A stretch of DNA of 63,462 nucleotides, counting the filler, from Aduncisulcus paluster (taxonomy: Eukaryota), in NCBI GenBank assembly GCA_024181965.1. It is 5 parts of 5 records of this genome, joined end to end, with 100 filler letters (N's around TTAATTAATTAA, not from the genome) between each part and the next. Parts side by side here need not be neighbours in the genome. Positions count along the whole stretch, not along the records: positions 1 to 26,453 come from BQXS01012731.1; positions 26,554 to 38,361 come from BQXS01012734.1; 3 more parts are not named here. One strand, written 5' to 3'. The notes under the pieces are model-generated. The model saw only the letters and a program-made list of their open reading frames with translations, did no database searches and was not told the DNA's origin. The position numbers and the translations under genes were made by a program. Below, in pieces: positions 23,101-32,053 of this stretch (the first letter of the stretch is position 1; the number at the start of each line of letters is the position of its first letter).

Positions 23101-24668
23101 AAATTGAGGCTTTCCTTCGATCTTTCTTCTCTGACAAGGTATTTGGTTGTTCTTCAACACCTTTATATTCATGTGATCTTTCTATTCCCAGTGGAAAGAA
23201 ATCTTTTGTGCGTGCAATGATCCAACAACTCAATCACAATTTCCATGATAATATGTATCCTCTGAGATATGAGCAATTGGGAAGACAAAATGTTCTCAAG
23301 ATTTATTCGTATAGCAAGAGTACTTTGGATTCTGCTCAAAAATACATTATTGATAGTATCCAGCCAAAATGTGAATATATATTAAATGTTGAAGATGCTG
23401 CTCCACTGATTTACATTGATAATGCCGAGATGAGAAAGAAGCGCAAATCTATTGAGGATAAACTTTGTTCTGACATCAATGCTAAATTGACAAGACATCA
23501 TCCAAGGTATTATATTGATGCCAAAACAAAAGAAAAGAAAGCTATTCAGAATCGCTCCTGTTATATCGATTTTGCGGGTAGAGTTCTTAATGTTTATTGT
23601 GACAGTGGAATTCCCAAGGATGAATTATTCATGATTGTTGATAAGATTGTTTGTTCTGAACTCCGTACGGGAAAACAATGGCAAGTTATAAATTTGGATG
23701 ATGATCAAGTGTCGGTCATTAAGAAACTCAGAGGTATATATTATGATTATCGAAAATCTCTTCCCAGGAAGAAGAAGGGGAAGGCAAAGAAGAAGGGAAA
23801 AGACAAGAAGCAAAAGATTCCTGAAAATCCAATCAAAAATAAGGCAATCGTTCGATTAATGGAAATGTTCACGGAGAGTTTAATCCGTACTGTCAACCTA
23901 AATCAACGAAGTGTTTTACTTTGTCCGAAGCAATATTCAATGGAGGTTCAACTCGCTGTCGAAGCTATCAAAGAGTATATTGATGAACATCCTGATGAGT
24001 ATCGAAGTGCGAAGAAGGATTTGACGGGTTGTACCATGATGTGTGATGATGATTACCAGCGCAAACTAACATTATCTTGTGGATGCCAGATGTGTATCTC
24101 GTGTGTTGTGGAAACATTACAAATGAACATTAAGGCTGGTGAAGGTGTCTCATTCTCTTTGGATTGTTTATGTTGTAATAATCACCATGTTCCTTATACT
24201 GCAGTTGAAATTGCTAGGGCTTGTTTGATTCGAGATAAACCCGAATTGTTTGCCCAAGTTGCTGAGATTTTGGCTTTTCGAAAGCGAGATTGGTCTTTCG
24301 ATCTCTCGAGATGTTCAAGCGCAGATTGTGGCCGGTTCCATTTGAAAGTTGGGAAAGATCATTCTAATCCTTTTGTTAAAAAATGCATTGGATGTTCCAA
24401 ATCAATTTGTTGTAAATGTGGTACTCATCATGATGCAGGATGGGATTGTACTAATCCCGATGCATCTGCTTATTTCATTCGTTTGGGCTTTAAACAATGT
24501 CCAAATTGTGGAAGGTGGATTGAGAAAACTGAAGGATGCAATCATATTGGATGTTCTTGTGGATTCCATTTTTGTTTTAAGTGTCCTGCTGGAAGAGCTT
24601 TTGGAGCTAAATCATCTACTGAGGTGTATGAGCATATGACAAAGGTTCATGGTGGATATTACCATTGA
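17184..24668 (+). CDS. DEAH/RHA RNA helicase fused to C-terminal RBR (RING-IBR-Rcat) E3 ligase
   Basis: AETGSGKS, SQPR, DEVH, SAT, TNFAETAITI, QRRGRAGRT, HA2 region (ITPKGRELAQLPLNP). C-terminal Cys/His clusters end in CPNCGRWIEKTEGCNHIGCSCGFHFCFKC. Confidence 0.93.
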   Translation: MPPPKRLLPVDKNNICYLCIFSLKLIPKSTIETLMLKFGEAICSEPNRVFGVYFYSIKTFFKRPQPTSIVNQLAKELCAEIRLEDPKDLYIHFRASPISNSLVIQFPRGVFKPEMFRSTCSTFPYSNPRVLLLPEDTHIAESVTRTIRADRPYKEAVLPGRIFLNREYRDRKIAEGVFIAFSEDKTSTLIFAKSDEILRVVVDDIRTQQSKSPKFPGSGPKKVQKSFKPGSHFDSAKPKYLKDKRTKNGKESTLFEGEKLKYQKEIKPPTPVKKREHIEPKKKYSETKKPSKSSDNDERFEYTSIISEIDILGDDPSDTSSSYVCSSSDSDSAISASSSEPSMSALGFKTLQSFSLDDEKFDFAKEIIDFKIYPSDRASSHTSSEFDEMSFSDIEDIPVKKTEFDYLKFMRKLFKVDLYRVEEDAKTRVENMIKKLRILAREDILKKKGKKRFIITKDQDTLKKNIKSKLSFVSISEPCKVLRNLFRQDDSNPSEEKKQSRKQDKRAHYKSKHKQTARIDVHKAACFLFNVFYCICESPTNIMKCTKSELKMHAKNTVIFVDYSGNIILGSSYRGHQFKTMVSVFRNIVHLCQAIPISDSTHDYLASVPGSDGKTNLSKLRDEFGVVIHLPDKARKEFDGFEAQEVDTRENRKSNRGMCRIIGFSPKGSSDLKKLENHLKIRDMIVLREFLKKKLPVFSREKDILEHLFFNKTLVLTAETGSGKSVGIPLLLALRMKNDAGALGFFDGKPGAIVISQPRAFASVLTSDYVSQLANSTGIVVSCCNRYHSLKEELDSAESDLASWMHSDRTGFFTPRIIFTVNGALLRVMGDDKYKDLNAVRALILDEVHERTVHVDALLGLSSYMLTTSRRTDLYVVACSATLDPKTICDVFEGPSISEFRSSVDVMKRQRFDFGTTNIFELSRETFNRGIQVKGKVFDVIETDLSVKDPSLKRIVPWALQSVCKLLIEHSEEVVREGKPNPFNRGHMIVFFPTGTECNQANRYLMEVLKKAQEMASSVFKVDKSGHLSQKENILSKTPPNVAYFFDLARRLAMLTQEEALKLVKSFRFLEADPKKAWKRKMNMLVPRFLDEKKKDSDQNLKAKTRLFGVVPLVIHGKSPIEVQKLANAPIRHLKVLFTTNFAETAITIEGAKYVVDTSICKIQKYDPITRATVLETVKISESSRIQRRGRAGRTCEGRSIRLNWSGLRSSVDGDHDSSTPEMLRLDVSEIMLQLLLLGHKMSRLRLPSPPSDEALNTAERELKRIEAVDIYGSITPKGRELAQLPLNPLIGTAFIKAKERILRHQSKESHNRLISYLCVMCSFLEIGTGVYFEVRDDGEEKNSLLRMQDHYCDKKSDLVSFLHIFGAWCTDDFSVEFTKKVGLNNKVCITLKDKVMTLVRIFDLNLKEAFFDESVLRRGRKEELPIKLKSATELFEEREMKIAKRELDSEEEGEEEMKEEEKGEKDEGRKEDSYGDEKLSLDREAARRISSHLAMYILRNVGDKPKRAVLNDIHFDPFGKLELLYKTLDEENAIYALDRPGFCVTKAEDVPVSIFYMHKFKRGNSKIAGKISVCCENGNFAGDMQLVNVFPETSQYRPPISRRGSIAAVLDFLKGIGETPSSFVTSIQKPCDRLGLASEETLVMERSLDFVKPETFLAYISSSQARQLHRWNSQLLNDLIESQKSVLLPNCPVPRQCTMIGPGMSVKMIHLHSSDLPEGDALPTHVSAYPTEGMARMNRLFDPKNCCLVIGGNQKGKYVSSMSAAEAMKQYVIGEEIPIDSLCHQTQKSYERQIQGFTTQVMFTFEDPSRTGYPMIQVNAKENIDEIQASIGANYAYNASKMRRVADKDGYTKFTFGPKPGVIPLDLIKDELLNLSPDLFCSSYRTKGRSSYSSMVEFTDHRKSRFERELSIICGGALGKDIYPVEGGMARKNTDLTKNPVIYCMSRNRTSFYVDIFDPTVDSRVLEDLRGKIEAFLRSFFSDKVFGCSSTPLYSCDLSIPSGKKSFVRAMIQQLNHNFHDNMYPLRYEQLGRQNVLKIYSYSKSTLDSAQKYIIDSIQPKCEYILNVEDAAPLIYIDNAEMRKKRKSIEDKLCSDINAKLTRHHPRYYIDAKTKEKKAIQNRSCYIDFAGRVLNVYCDSGIPKDELFMIVDKIVCSELRTGKQWQVINLDDDQVSVIKKLRGIYYDYRKSLPRKKKGKAKKKGKDKKQKIPENPIKNKAIVRLMEMFTESLIRTVNLNQRSVLLCPKQYSMEVQLAVEAIKEYIDEHPDEYRSAKKDLTGCTMMCDDDYQRKLTLSCGCQMCISCVVETLQMNIKAGEGVSFSLDCLCCNNHHVPYTAVEIARACLIRDKPELFAQVAEILAFRKRDWSFDLSRCSSADCGRFHLKVGKDHSNPFVKKCIGCSKSICCKCGTHHDAGWDCTNPDASAYFIRLGFKQCPNCGRWIEKTEGCNHIGCSCGFHFCFKCPAGRAFGAKSSTEVYEHMTKVHGGYYH

Positions 24669-24806
24669 ATGAAGTTAAATGATCGTTTTGTCTCAAGTTC
24701 TCATTATAATTAAACTATTTAATAGTAAACTGTCAAGATTTAGAATAATGCCTTCCAAATAAGTCAAAAAGAGTTGTCTCAAATATTTATTCTGATTTTT
24801 CATGTG

Positions 24807-24906
24807 TTATTTCGGTGAATAACATGTCCATTATTGACCACAATAGTGGTGGCTAGCAAATTTATTAATAAAATATTACTTACTTATTTCGGTGAATAAC
24901 ATGTCC
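24807..24906. repeat. 23-nt direct repeat TTATTTCGGTGAATAACATGTCC x2
   Basis: Copies at 24807-24829 and 24884-24906 between convergent genes. Confidence 0.85.
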
Positions 24907-25118
24907 TACTCAAATTGAAGAGTATTTTGTTATAGTACTTCAAAGATCACTGCAAACTGAATTGTTCATATGTTGAAATTGTTCCACTTGCTTATTTTTT
25001 GTCTAACATCAATTTTATCCTTTCAGGTTCCAAAAATAGATTTTCTAAAAATAGATGAAGACATTTTGAAATGGTCAGAAGAACAACTATATTGATATTT
25101 CTTGGAGTAAATCGTTAA

Positions 25119-26402
25119 TTATTGAAAAAACTGCGATTCGAATCTAGCATACTCATCCCCAATAAACCAGTCAAAAGCGTCAGTGCCAGATTTCTCCACT
25201 TCTTCAATTTCAAGCATGTTTGATGCTAAATCTTCCATTTCTTTCCTCCATTCATCTTGATCGTACCCTTCGAATGAACAAGTTTGTTCATCAAATAGAA
25301 GCTCCACCCCTGCACTCGTTTGTTCAACAAAATCATACAAAGATTGTCTCAAGGATCTTTCTTCATCTAATTTCATGAATGTAAGTATGTGATGAGCTGG
25401 TTTGTACCGAATAAGAGAAGAATGTGTGATATACTCTGGGAGATCTTGGATTTCTTCATTCTCTAGTCCAAATTGATAGAAATATTTCACAGTTTTGAGG
25501 GATTTTAGATCTGCAGAGGCTCCTGAAAAAGAATAATAAAATTCCGCTCGATCTTCATTTCGTTGATAGATGAAAATTACTTTAATCCCAAGAGGTATAT
25601 GGCAAGCAAAATTTGAACCGAAAGATCGACAAGGCAATTGAGAAGAGAAGGTTTCTATCGTTGGGATTAAACACACAAATGGAATTGAATGGAAATATTT
25701 CTGAGTATGAGAAGTTGAAAGGTAATAACTCACATTTAAGGGATATTGAGGAATTTTTTGGGGAGATAAATGCCAGCAGCTCCATACATTACCCCGCAAA
25801 GCCCATATTAACGTCTCATCATATTTTGGTGATAAATACGGAATGAGAGATGAATTTGTCGATAACAATGCAAATAGTACCGACCAACGTCTAGGATCAG
25901 TTTTGTGATGAAGTCTGTATCTATCTACAATCCTTTCGAACCAAAGATCAAGATAGTCTTTGATACTTTCAAACACTTCAACTGCATGAGAAGGATCATA
26001 ACATAAATTGGCAAAATATTCAAGAATATTTGAGCAAAAAGTTGTGACACGTTTAAATTCCCCAGCAAATCGACTAATAACAGGGTGGAAGAGAGACCAA
26101 GCCTCTGAACACAGGGATTTTGGATAACATATCCACGACCTTGGAGCCCAACTAGGAGAATTTGATAATTGACCTAAGTATGGATGATAATGCTGTGCTT
26201 TTGTTATTTCAATCAAAATGAAAGACCAAGAAAGATCACTACTGAATAATCCTGAATAATCTGGGCTTTTCAACCTATTTATAATAAATGGTTTGATAAG
26301 GGTAAGTAAAGGAAGTCTGATAAAATAGGAGTTTTCCTTTGCAAGTTCTTCAATGATCTCTTTATGTTCAGGGTATAGTTTTAAAGGTTCTTCTGAATCC
26401 AT
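25119..26402 (-). CDS. Hypothetical protein
   Basis: 427-codon ATG ORF; no recognised domain. Confidence 0.75.
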   Translation of the reverse strand: MDSEEPLKLYPEHKEIIEELAKENSYFIRLPLLTLIKPFIINRLKSPDYSGLFSSDLSWSFILIEITKAQHYHPYLGQLSNSPSWAPRSWICYPKSLCSEAWSLFHPVISRFAGEFKRVTTFCSNILEYFANLCYDPSHAVEVFESIKDYLDLWFERIVDRYRLHHKTDPRRWSVLFALLSTNSSLIPYLSPKYDETLIWALRGNVWSCWHLSPQKIPQYPLNVSYYLSTSHTQKYFHSIPFVCLIPTIETFSSQLPCRSFGSNFACHIPLGIKVIFIYQRNEDRAEFYYSFSGASADLKSLKTVKYFYQFGLENEEIQDLPEYITHSSLIRYKPAHHILTFMKLDEERSLRQSLYDFVEQTSAGVELLFDEQTCSFEGYDQDEWRKEMEDLASNMLEIEEVEKSGTDAFDWFIGDEYARFESQFFQ

Positions 26403-26453
26403 TGATTTCTTGGTAATTGTTTCGATATCGTCTGATAACTTCTTTAGACGAGA

Positions 26454-26553
26454 NNNNNNNNNNNNNNNNNNNNNNNNNNNNNNNNNNNNNNNNNNNNTTA
26501 ATTAATTAANNNNNNNNNNNNNNNNNNNNNNNNNNNNNNNNNNNNNNNNNNNN
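26454..26553. other. Artificial contig linker N44-TTAATTAATTAA-N44
   Basis: Six-frame stop linker, 100 nt total; identical structure four times in the window. Confidence 0.97.
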
Positions 26554-27034
26554 CAAGTATTTATCCGGTACAATACGATCAAGCATCATGCACACTTCTT
26601 CCTCGACATCTTCAATGTGCACGGTCGATTTCCTGCATCGTTCGGTCAGACCACTCTCTCCATGATGCTGCCGACACCATTCTCCCATATTGTCTAAATC
26701 ACCATCGGGAACATGGATATCCCATTCCTTTTCATACAGAATCTTCAAATTATTATCGGTCAATAACACTCCAACCTGCATTATAAGATCTTTGCCGAGA
26801 TCAAGTCCTGTCATTTCTAAATCCACCCACAACATGTGCTGATGTGAGAAAAAATAAATAAATGATAAAAAAAATGTTATGATTTCAGTTATAAATATCA
26901 CAATGAGAAGATAATATGGAATAAATCATTTCAAATGATGAAAATAAGCAGAGAAAAGAAAAAAAACCGTGATGAAGATAGGGAGAACTTACTCTTCCAG
27001 TCCCAGAGATGGGTCTACATGATCTATATGACAT
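26554..27034 (-). CDS. orn: Oligoribonuclease (Orn/REXO2), 3'-truncated by contig end
   Basis: WVDLEMTGLD, MGEWCRQHHGESGL. Exon 1 27034-26993; 154-nt intron 26992-26839. Confidence 0.9.
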
Positions 27035-27227
27035 TTATAGCTCAATTTTCAAGGTATATGTACGAATATTTTTTTAATATCCCAAGAAAACGAATTTTGG
27101 GTGACACAAGTGAGTACTGAATATTAATTATGTAATTTATTAAATATTTATAACAACATTCGTTTCAAATTAATGATTTGGCATAACAAAAGTAAATATT
27201 GGTCCTATTTTATTTTTTAACCAGTTT

Positions 27228-29246
27228 TCACTTAGAAACGCGAATACCGAGAATTTCTAATTCTTTTCTCACAATACTAAGATATTTTCTCAGAGCTGGG
27301 GCGTAATACCCCGTTCTAAATAACTTTATACACTCTATTTCAAGCTTATCATCAAGTTTTGTGGAGAAATATGGAATTGGATTTGAACAAAGAACTAAAG
27401 GAATATCTTTAGGCAATAAACGCCCAAATGATCCCAAAATAAAACATATTTCAGAAAGACCAATGAAATCACCACTGGGGGTACCACTTGACACAGATCC
27501 AAGACAGCTCTCAAATCTATTTATATATTTTGAGAAACAATCACTAATCTCAGTATCAAAACAAGAAGAATCAATTGATGTTTTTGTTGTTAACTTTGAA
27601 TGTTTTTTCTTCTTGTTTGTTTTGCCAAAAACAAGCATTCCTCGCATTGCCAACCTCACACATAACAAAGCAATCGACCCAGAAATAAATGATATTGTTG
27701 GAATGGATTGAGAAACTTCACAATATCTAAAAATAGTATCAAGGATCTCACAGAGTTTATCACAAGAACAAATATGACCAGAATAATATGCAGATTTAAG
27801 GGTAAAAATTACAATTAAGGAGAGAGGCAAATAATATTTCTTCTCCTGAAAATAAGTTTGAGTCTTTATATATTCTAAAATTAGATCATTAGATGAGAAA
27901 GTCTCAGGAGGAATGTGTGGGAAAATATCGGTTATAATACCATCCAACTGCTCCTCAAAAAATGATAATGAGGAGGAACAACATGTTTTGTGATCATGGT
28001 GAACAGAAGAATGACAACGAAAACCATGTTGTTGTTGGCTTGAAATGGTGTTTATAAAGTGAATTATAAGACAATCTTGATGAATTCCAATAGGAATATT
28101 ATGTGATATACTCATTCTGACTTCATTACAAGCTCCCTTGAAGGATTCCTTGAAGGCTTCTCTTTCCTTCTTTTCTCTTTCTTCCTCTTCGCTTTCCTTC
28201 TTTGCTTCTTCTCCTTTCTCCTTCTCATTCATTGATGTTTGAGATATCTGTGATAATTCATATATGGCAGCCATAATCCTTGTGAAGTAACCACGTATAA
28301 GATCGGGAGTGGCTATACTGATGGAGCCAATGTCAGCAGCAGCACTCAGTGCAGAACATAGCTTTGAAATACATTGGAAAGAACCTAGATCGGCTTGTTT
28401 GTAGAGGTTTAACATTGTAAATCCATCCATAGAGAATTCCCTTTCGATCCTCTCGAGTAAAATACTTTGCAACTCGTCAACGTAAGTATTGAAGCCTTTT
28501 TTCCTCTCTGGGATCAAAGATAACATCAATTCATAGAGCTGTGGATCATTATTTGTGTTTACAATGGCACGATCAATCACGTCGGACATATTGTGGGAAA
28601 TATCTTGATCCTCTTTATGTTTATCTTTATCTTCTTTTTCTTCTTTTTCTTTTTCTTCTTCTTTGTCAAAAACATAGAAGAAATCTAAGAAAAGTTTAAT
28701 AATTTCGTAAGGAATATGGATAGATTTGGGACATCTGGCCATTCCCTTCACAAGCAAAAGACAGGCGGCACTTACATCACCTCCAAATATCTCTATCTGA
28801 CACGTAGCAGCAAGAATCCAAGTGGATTCCATGGAAGGATGTCGACCAATGAAGTCATTGATCACAGACTTTAGTTTGGATGAACTGTTGGTTGTAATAC
28901 AGTATTCAATGTATTTCACATACGAAGCGGGATCGTCACTATATCTATCAATACCTAATCGATATAATCTGTGAATATTAAGACTGAATCGTTTGGAAAT
29001 GTCGACAGTGGAGAGGTGAGCTTTTTTAAAGGCATTCACAATACTTTTTCGAACTTTTTCCACATGTTCAGCATATTTATGAATATTATCTAATGTTCTA
29101 CCTCTCATTAATATAAAATACTCGTATTTTTCAAAGTCTTTCTTTATCATTTCAAGCCCATCCTCAGATAATATAGCTGCAGGCTCTATCACAGAAAAAA
29201 TAGGAGTCACATATTTATGAATATTGCTTTTTGCAGCTTCATTCAT
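27228..29246 (-). CDS. UTP6: U3 snoRNP-associated protein 6-like (HAT repeats)
   Basis: N-terminal pattern FEKYEY…IHRLYRLGIDRY…YVKYIEYC…HP…WILAA…AACLLLVKG…P matches the UTP6 N-terminus and HAT repeats (recalled consensus). Confidence 0.7.
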   Translation of the reverse strand: MNEAAKSNIHKYVTPIFSVIEPAAILSEDGLEMIKKDFEKYEYFILMRGRTLDNIHKYAEHVEKVRKSIVNAFKKAHLSTVDISKRFSLNIHRLYRLGIDRYSDDPASYVKYIEYCITTNSSSKLKSVINDFIGRHPSMESTWILAATCQIEIFGGDVSAACLLLVKGMARCPKSIHIPYEIIKLFLDFFYVFDKEEEKEKEEKEDKDKHKEDQDISHNMSDVIDRAIVNTNNDPQLYELMLSLIPERKKGFNTYVDELQSILLERIEREFSMDGFTMLNLYKQADLGSFQCISKLCSALSAAADIGSISIATPDLIRGYFTRIMAAIYELSQISQTSMNEKEKGEEAKKESEEEEREKKEREAFKESFKGACNEVRMSISHNIPIGIHQDCLIIHFINTISSQQQHGFRCHSSVHHDHKTCCSSSLSFFEEQLDGIITDIFPHIPPETFSSNDLILEYIKTQTYFQEKKYYLPLSLIVIFTLKSAYYSGHICSCDKLCEILDTIFRYCEVSQSIPTISFISGSIALLCVRLAMRGMLVFGKTNKKKKHSKLTTKTSIDSSCFDTEISDCFSKYINRFESCLGSVSSGTPSGDFIGLSEICFILGSFGRLLPKDIPLVLCSNPIPYFSTKLDDKLEIECIKLFRTGYYAPALRKYLSIVRKELEILGIRVSK

Positions 29247-29586
29247 TCTAACTTTCTGATGTCCAACGAAAAAACGTGATTGAGATTTGGTTATTTGAAT
29301 TTACAAGATAGACATATTTTAATATTTGTTATGGATTTGTATTGTATTTTTAATAAAGTTTTCACCATTTCATTCCACATTAGCATCTTAATTAAAACAC
29401 AAGAGACAGATTGATGTATTCGTTGAAATAGCAATTTAATTGCACTATGATACGTATTTTCCCTATTATTTAATAACATCAATTACATAAAATACTAATA
29501 AATAGATCCATTATCTAAGAATCAAGATGAAAAACAGTCTGTTTTTCAATCATTCCAATATCCTGTTTTTTGGCAAAAAGAGGAGA

Positions 29587-30344
29587 ATGAGAATTGAGAA
29601 GTGCTCTTTTTGTTCTTGTAACGTATATCCCGGACACGGTTTAATGTTTTGTCGTAATGATGGGCGAGTATGTTCCTACTTGAATCAATATTGGTTATAT
29701 TTTACTTAATTTTTGGTTGTTCTAATAATTATTTATCTTTTTTGTAATACATTGAATATATTTTTGTGTTTTTTCATCATCTATTTTAGGTATTCCGCTT
29801 CTGCAGTTCCAAATGCCATCGTCACTTCAAAAACAAGCGTAATCCGCGTAAGGTTAAGTGGACGAAGGCTTTCCGTAAGCTCCATGGAAAAGATCTTGCC
29901 GTTGATTCCACTTTGGACTTTGAAAAACGTAGAAATCGGCCTGTTAAATATAATAGAGAATTATATCAGAAAGCCTTGAAGGCTATTGATATCGTTGATG
30001 AAATCAAACTTCAGAGAGAGATGAGAAGCAAGCTTTTACGTCAGATGGAAGCCGCCAAAACTATTATGAAGAATAAGAATATTCACCAACAACAGAGTAT
30101 TGAGAAGAAAATTAAAGAACTTGAGGTTGTTGAGAAAGAAAAGGCACCTAGCATTGCAAAGGAAGTTCAAATGCTCCGTGAACTTGTTATTGGGACCGAA
30201 AAGGGAACTGGAAAGGTGAGAGAAAAAATTGGAAAGAAAAGTGCCGCTGAAACAAAAAGAGCCAGGATAAAACGGAAAGATGAGATTAAAAAAGCATTTT
30301 TAGCAAAAAAGAGAGGAAGAAGCAAAAAGCCAAGAGAAGAATAA
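29587..30344 (+). CDS. RLP24: Ribosome biogenesis protein RLP24 (L24e family)
   Basis: [10 protein letters not shown]…YPGHG…[15 protein letters not shown]…[14 protein letters not shown]…[15 protein letters not shown]. Intron 29668-29789 (GTATGT…TTAG) restores the frame. Confidence 0.95.
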
Positions 30345-30763
30345 ATTAAACATCGTTGATATTTCGATAAGTTTTCTAATTTCTTGTTTTGTTCACAATA
30401 CAACATTTTTGACATCTTTGATTTCATCAATTTATAATTAAATCCTTGTAGATAGCTTTATTTACCGATCAATAGCGTAATAATATGATAGGAATCGGAG
30501 ATATTCTCGGGAAACATGATCCTGGACCAACCAATTATGATATGGAGTGTATGTGGGTTATTTTTATCAATATAATGCTCATTAAATTAATTATATGTTA
30601 ATTATATGTTTTTATTATTGTCTATATCATTTTTCCCCTTCATATTAATATCAATTTTCATTCTTATACAGATTCTTCATTCGTTTCAAGCGGCGGAGAC
30701 ATTGAAATTATAAACAATACATCATTTCCACTTCTAATTAAATTAAAAGGTGATTCAAAACTT

Positions 30764-31135
30764 ATGGCTCGTCCCTCAAGAGATGTTCTCTCTCCTCAAC
30801 AACGATTATTGGTCCATTTATCATTAAAAGACGAAGAAAAGCCACCATCAAGTGAATTTTCAATGAAATTATACGTAAGAAGGCTGAAATTATTAGAATA
30901 TTCGAGATGGAAAGATGAAAGGTGTTTTGGCTCAAACAAGGACTTATTGCAAACATTATGGAAATCAGAGCCTGAATTTATCAAGGAAATTAGATGTTCA
31001 TTGAAAACAGCGGATAAAATGTCGATTTTTTATAAATCAAAGGGTTCAACGAGTTGTCCAAAATGTTATCAACTAGAAATGAGAATAGTGGAATTAGAAA
31101 GGCTATTGATGGAAGAAAAGCAGAAAAATCGATGA
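30764..31135 (+). CDS. Small hypothetical protein with CxxC and C-terminal coiled coil
   Basis: 123-codon ATG ORF; CPKC followed by heptad-like LEMRIVELERLL. Confidence 0.55.
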   Translation: MARPSRDVLSPQQRLLVHLSLKDEEKPPSSEFSMKLYVRRLKLLEYSRWKDERCFGSNKDLLQTLWKSEPEFIKEIRCSLKTADKMSIFYKSKGSTSCPKCYQLEMRIVELERLLMEEKQKNR

Positions 31136-32053
31136 TATTCGATAAAATGTGAAGTTTTAAAATGCCATTTACCAGTGATACAAACAATAATAGAGAACAA
31201 TGAATTTTATTTGCTTTTTATATTCAATTATACATATCTTTTCGACGAGTTGCGAGTTGAAAAGCAAATTATACACCATGAAAGCACTAAATATGCCATT
31301 TAAGAGTAATATATTTAATGTTCCACTGGAATCCGATTCCATCAGGTCATGGCATGATATGTTTCTTGAACATCACATAATATTGTCATTTTTTTGTGAT
31401 AAAATATTTCTATTTGTTTTAACAATCAATTTAGTTTTTATTATTTGCCAAATATTGCAGTGCAAGCTGGAATATACGGTATATAATATACCAAATAAAT
31501 TTCTGACCTGCATTCTTTATTTTATTTGATGTGTGTTTTTAAAATTTAGTGAATTGTGTTTTATTTATGAGTATCTAAAGTACACATTTTTTTTACTCTC
31601 CGTTTTGATACAAAATGAAGCTTTTTCAACTGGAATTATTTTTTGTTTTTTGTTTTATTGTATTTATTTCGTGTGATGACTTCTGTATTCCCCAGGATTG
31701 GATTGATAATTCATATTCTGGATTTTTCTTGTATTCTGATGCTGAAAATGAATTGAATGAACTTCAACCTTATGTAGGGAGTGGATATGTTGGATATCAT
31801 ATTAATGAATCGTTTATTTCAGCCACTGGTGTGTATAATGGTACTCTTGAAGCAACAGAAGGTGTCACTTCTCNNNNNNNNNNNNNNNNNNNNTTGCAGT
31901 GCAAGCTGGAATATACGGTATATAATATACCAAATAAATTTCTGACCTGCATTCTTTATTTTATTTGATGTGTGTTTTTAAAATTTAGTGAATTGTGTTT
32001 TATTTATGAGTATCTAAAGTACACATTTTTTTTACTCTCCGTTTTGATACAAA

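Noticed and set aside
24807..24906. CRISPR-like repeat-spacer-repeat
   Set aside because: Only two copies, eukaryotic context and no cas genes.
26498..26509. TTAATTAATTAA as a piggyBac target site or biological motif (also 38406, 54427, 59296)
   Set aside because: Always centred in exactly 44+44 Ns; it is a six-frame stop linker, so neighbourhoods across it are not real.
31615..31968. Second short GH65 gene
   Set aside because: Exact re-read of 31894-32312 across a 20-N gap.
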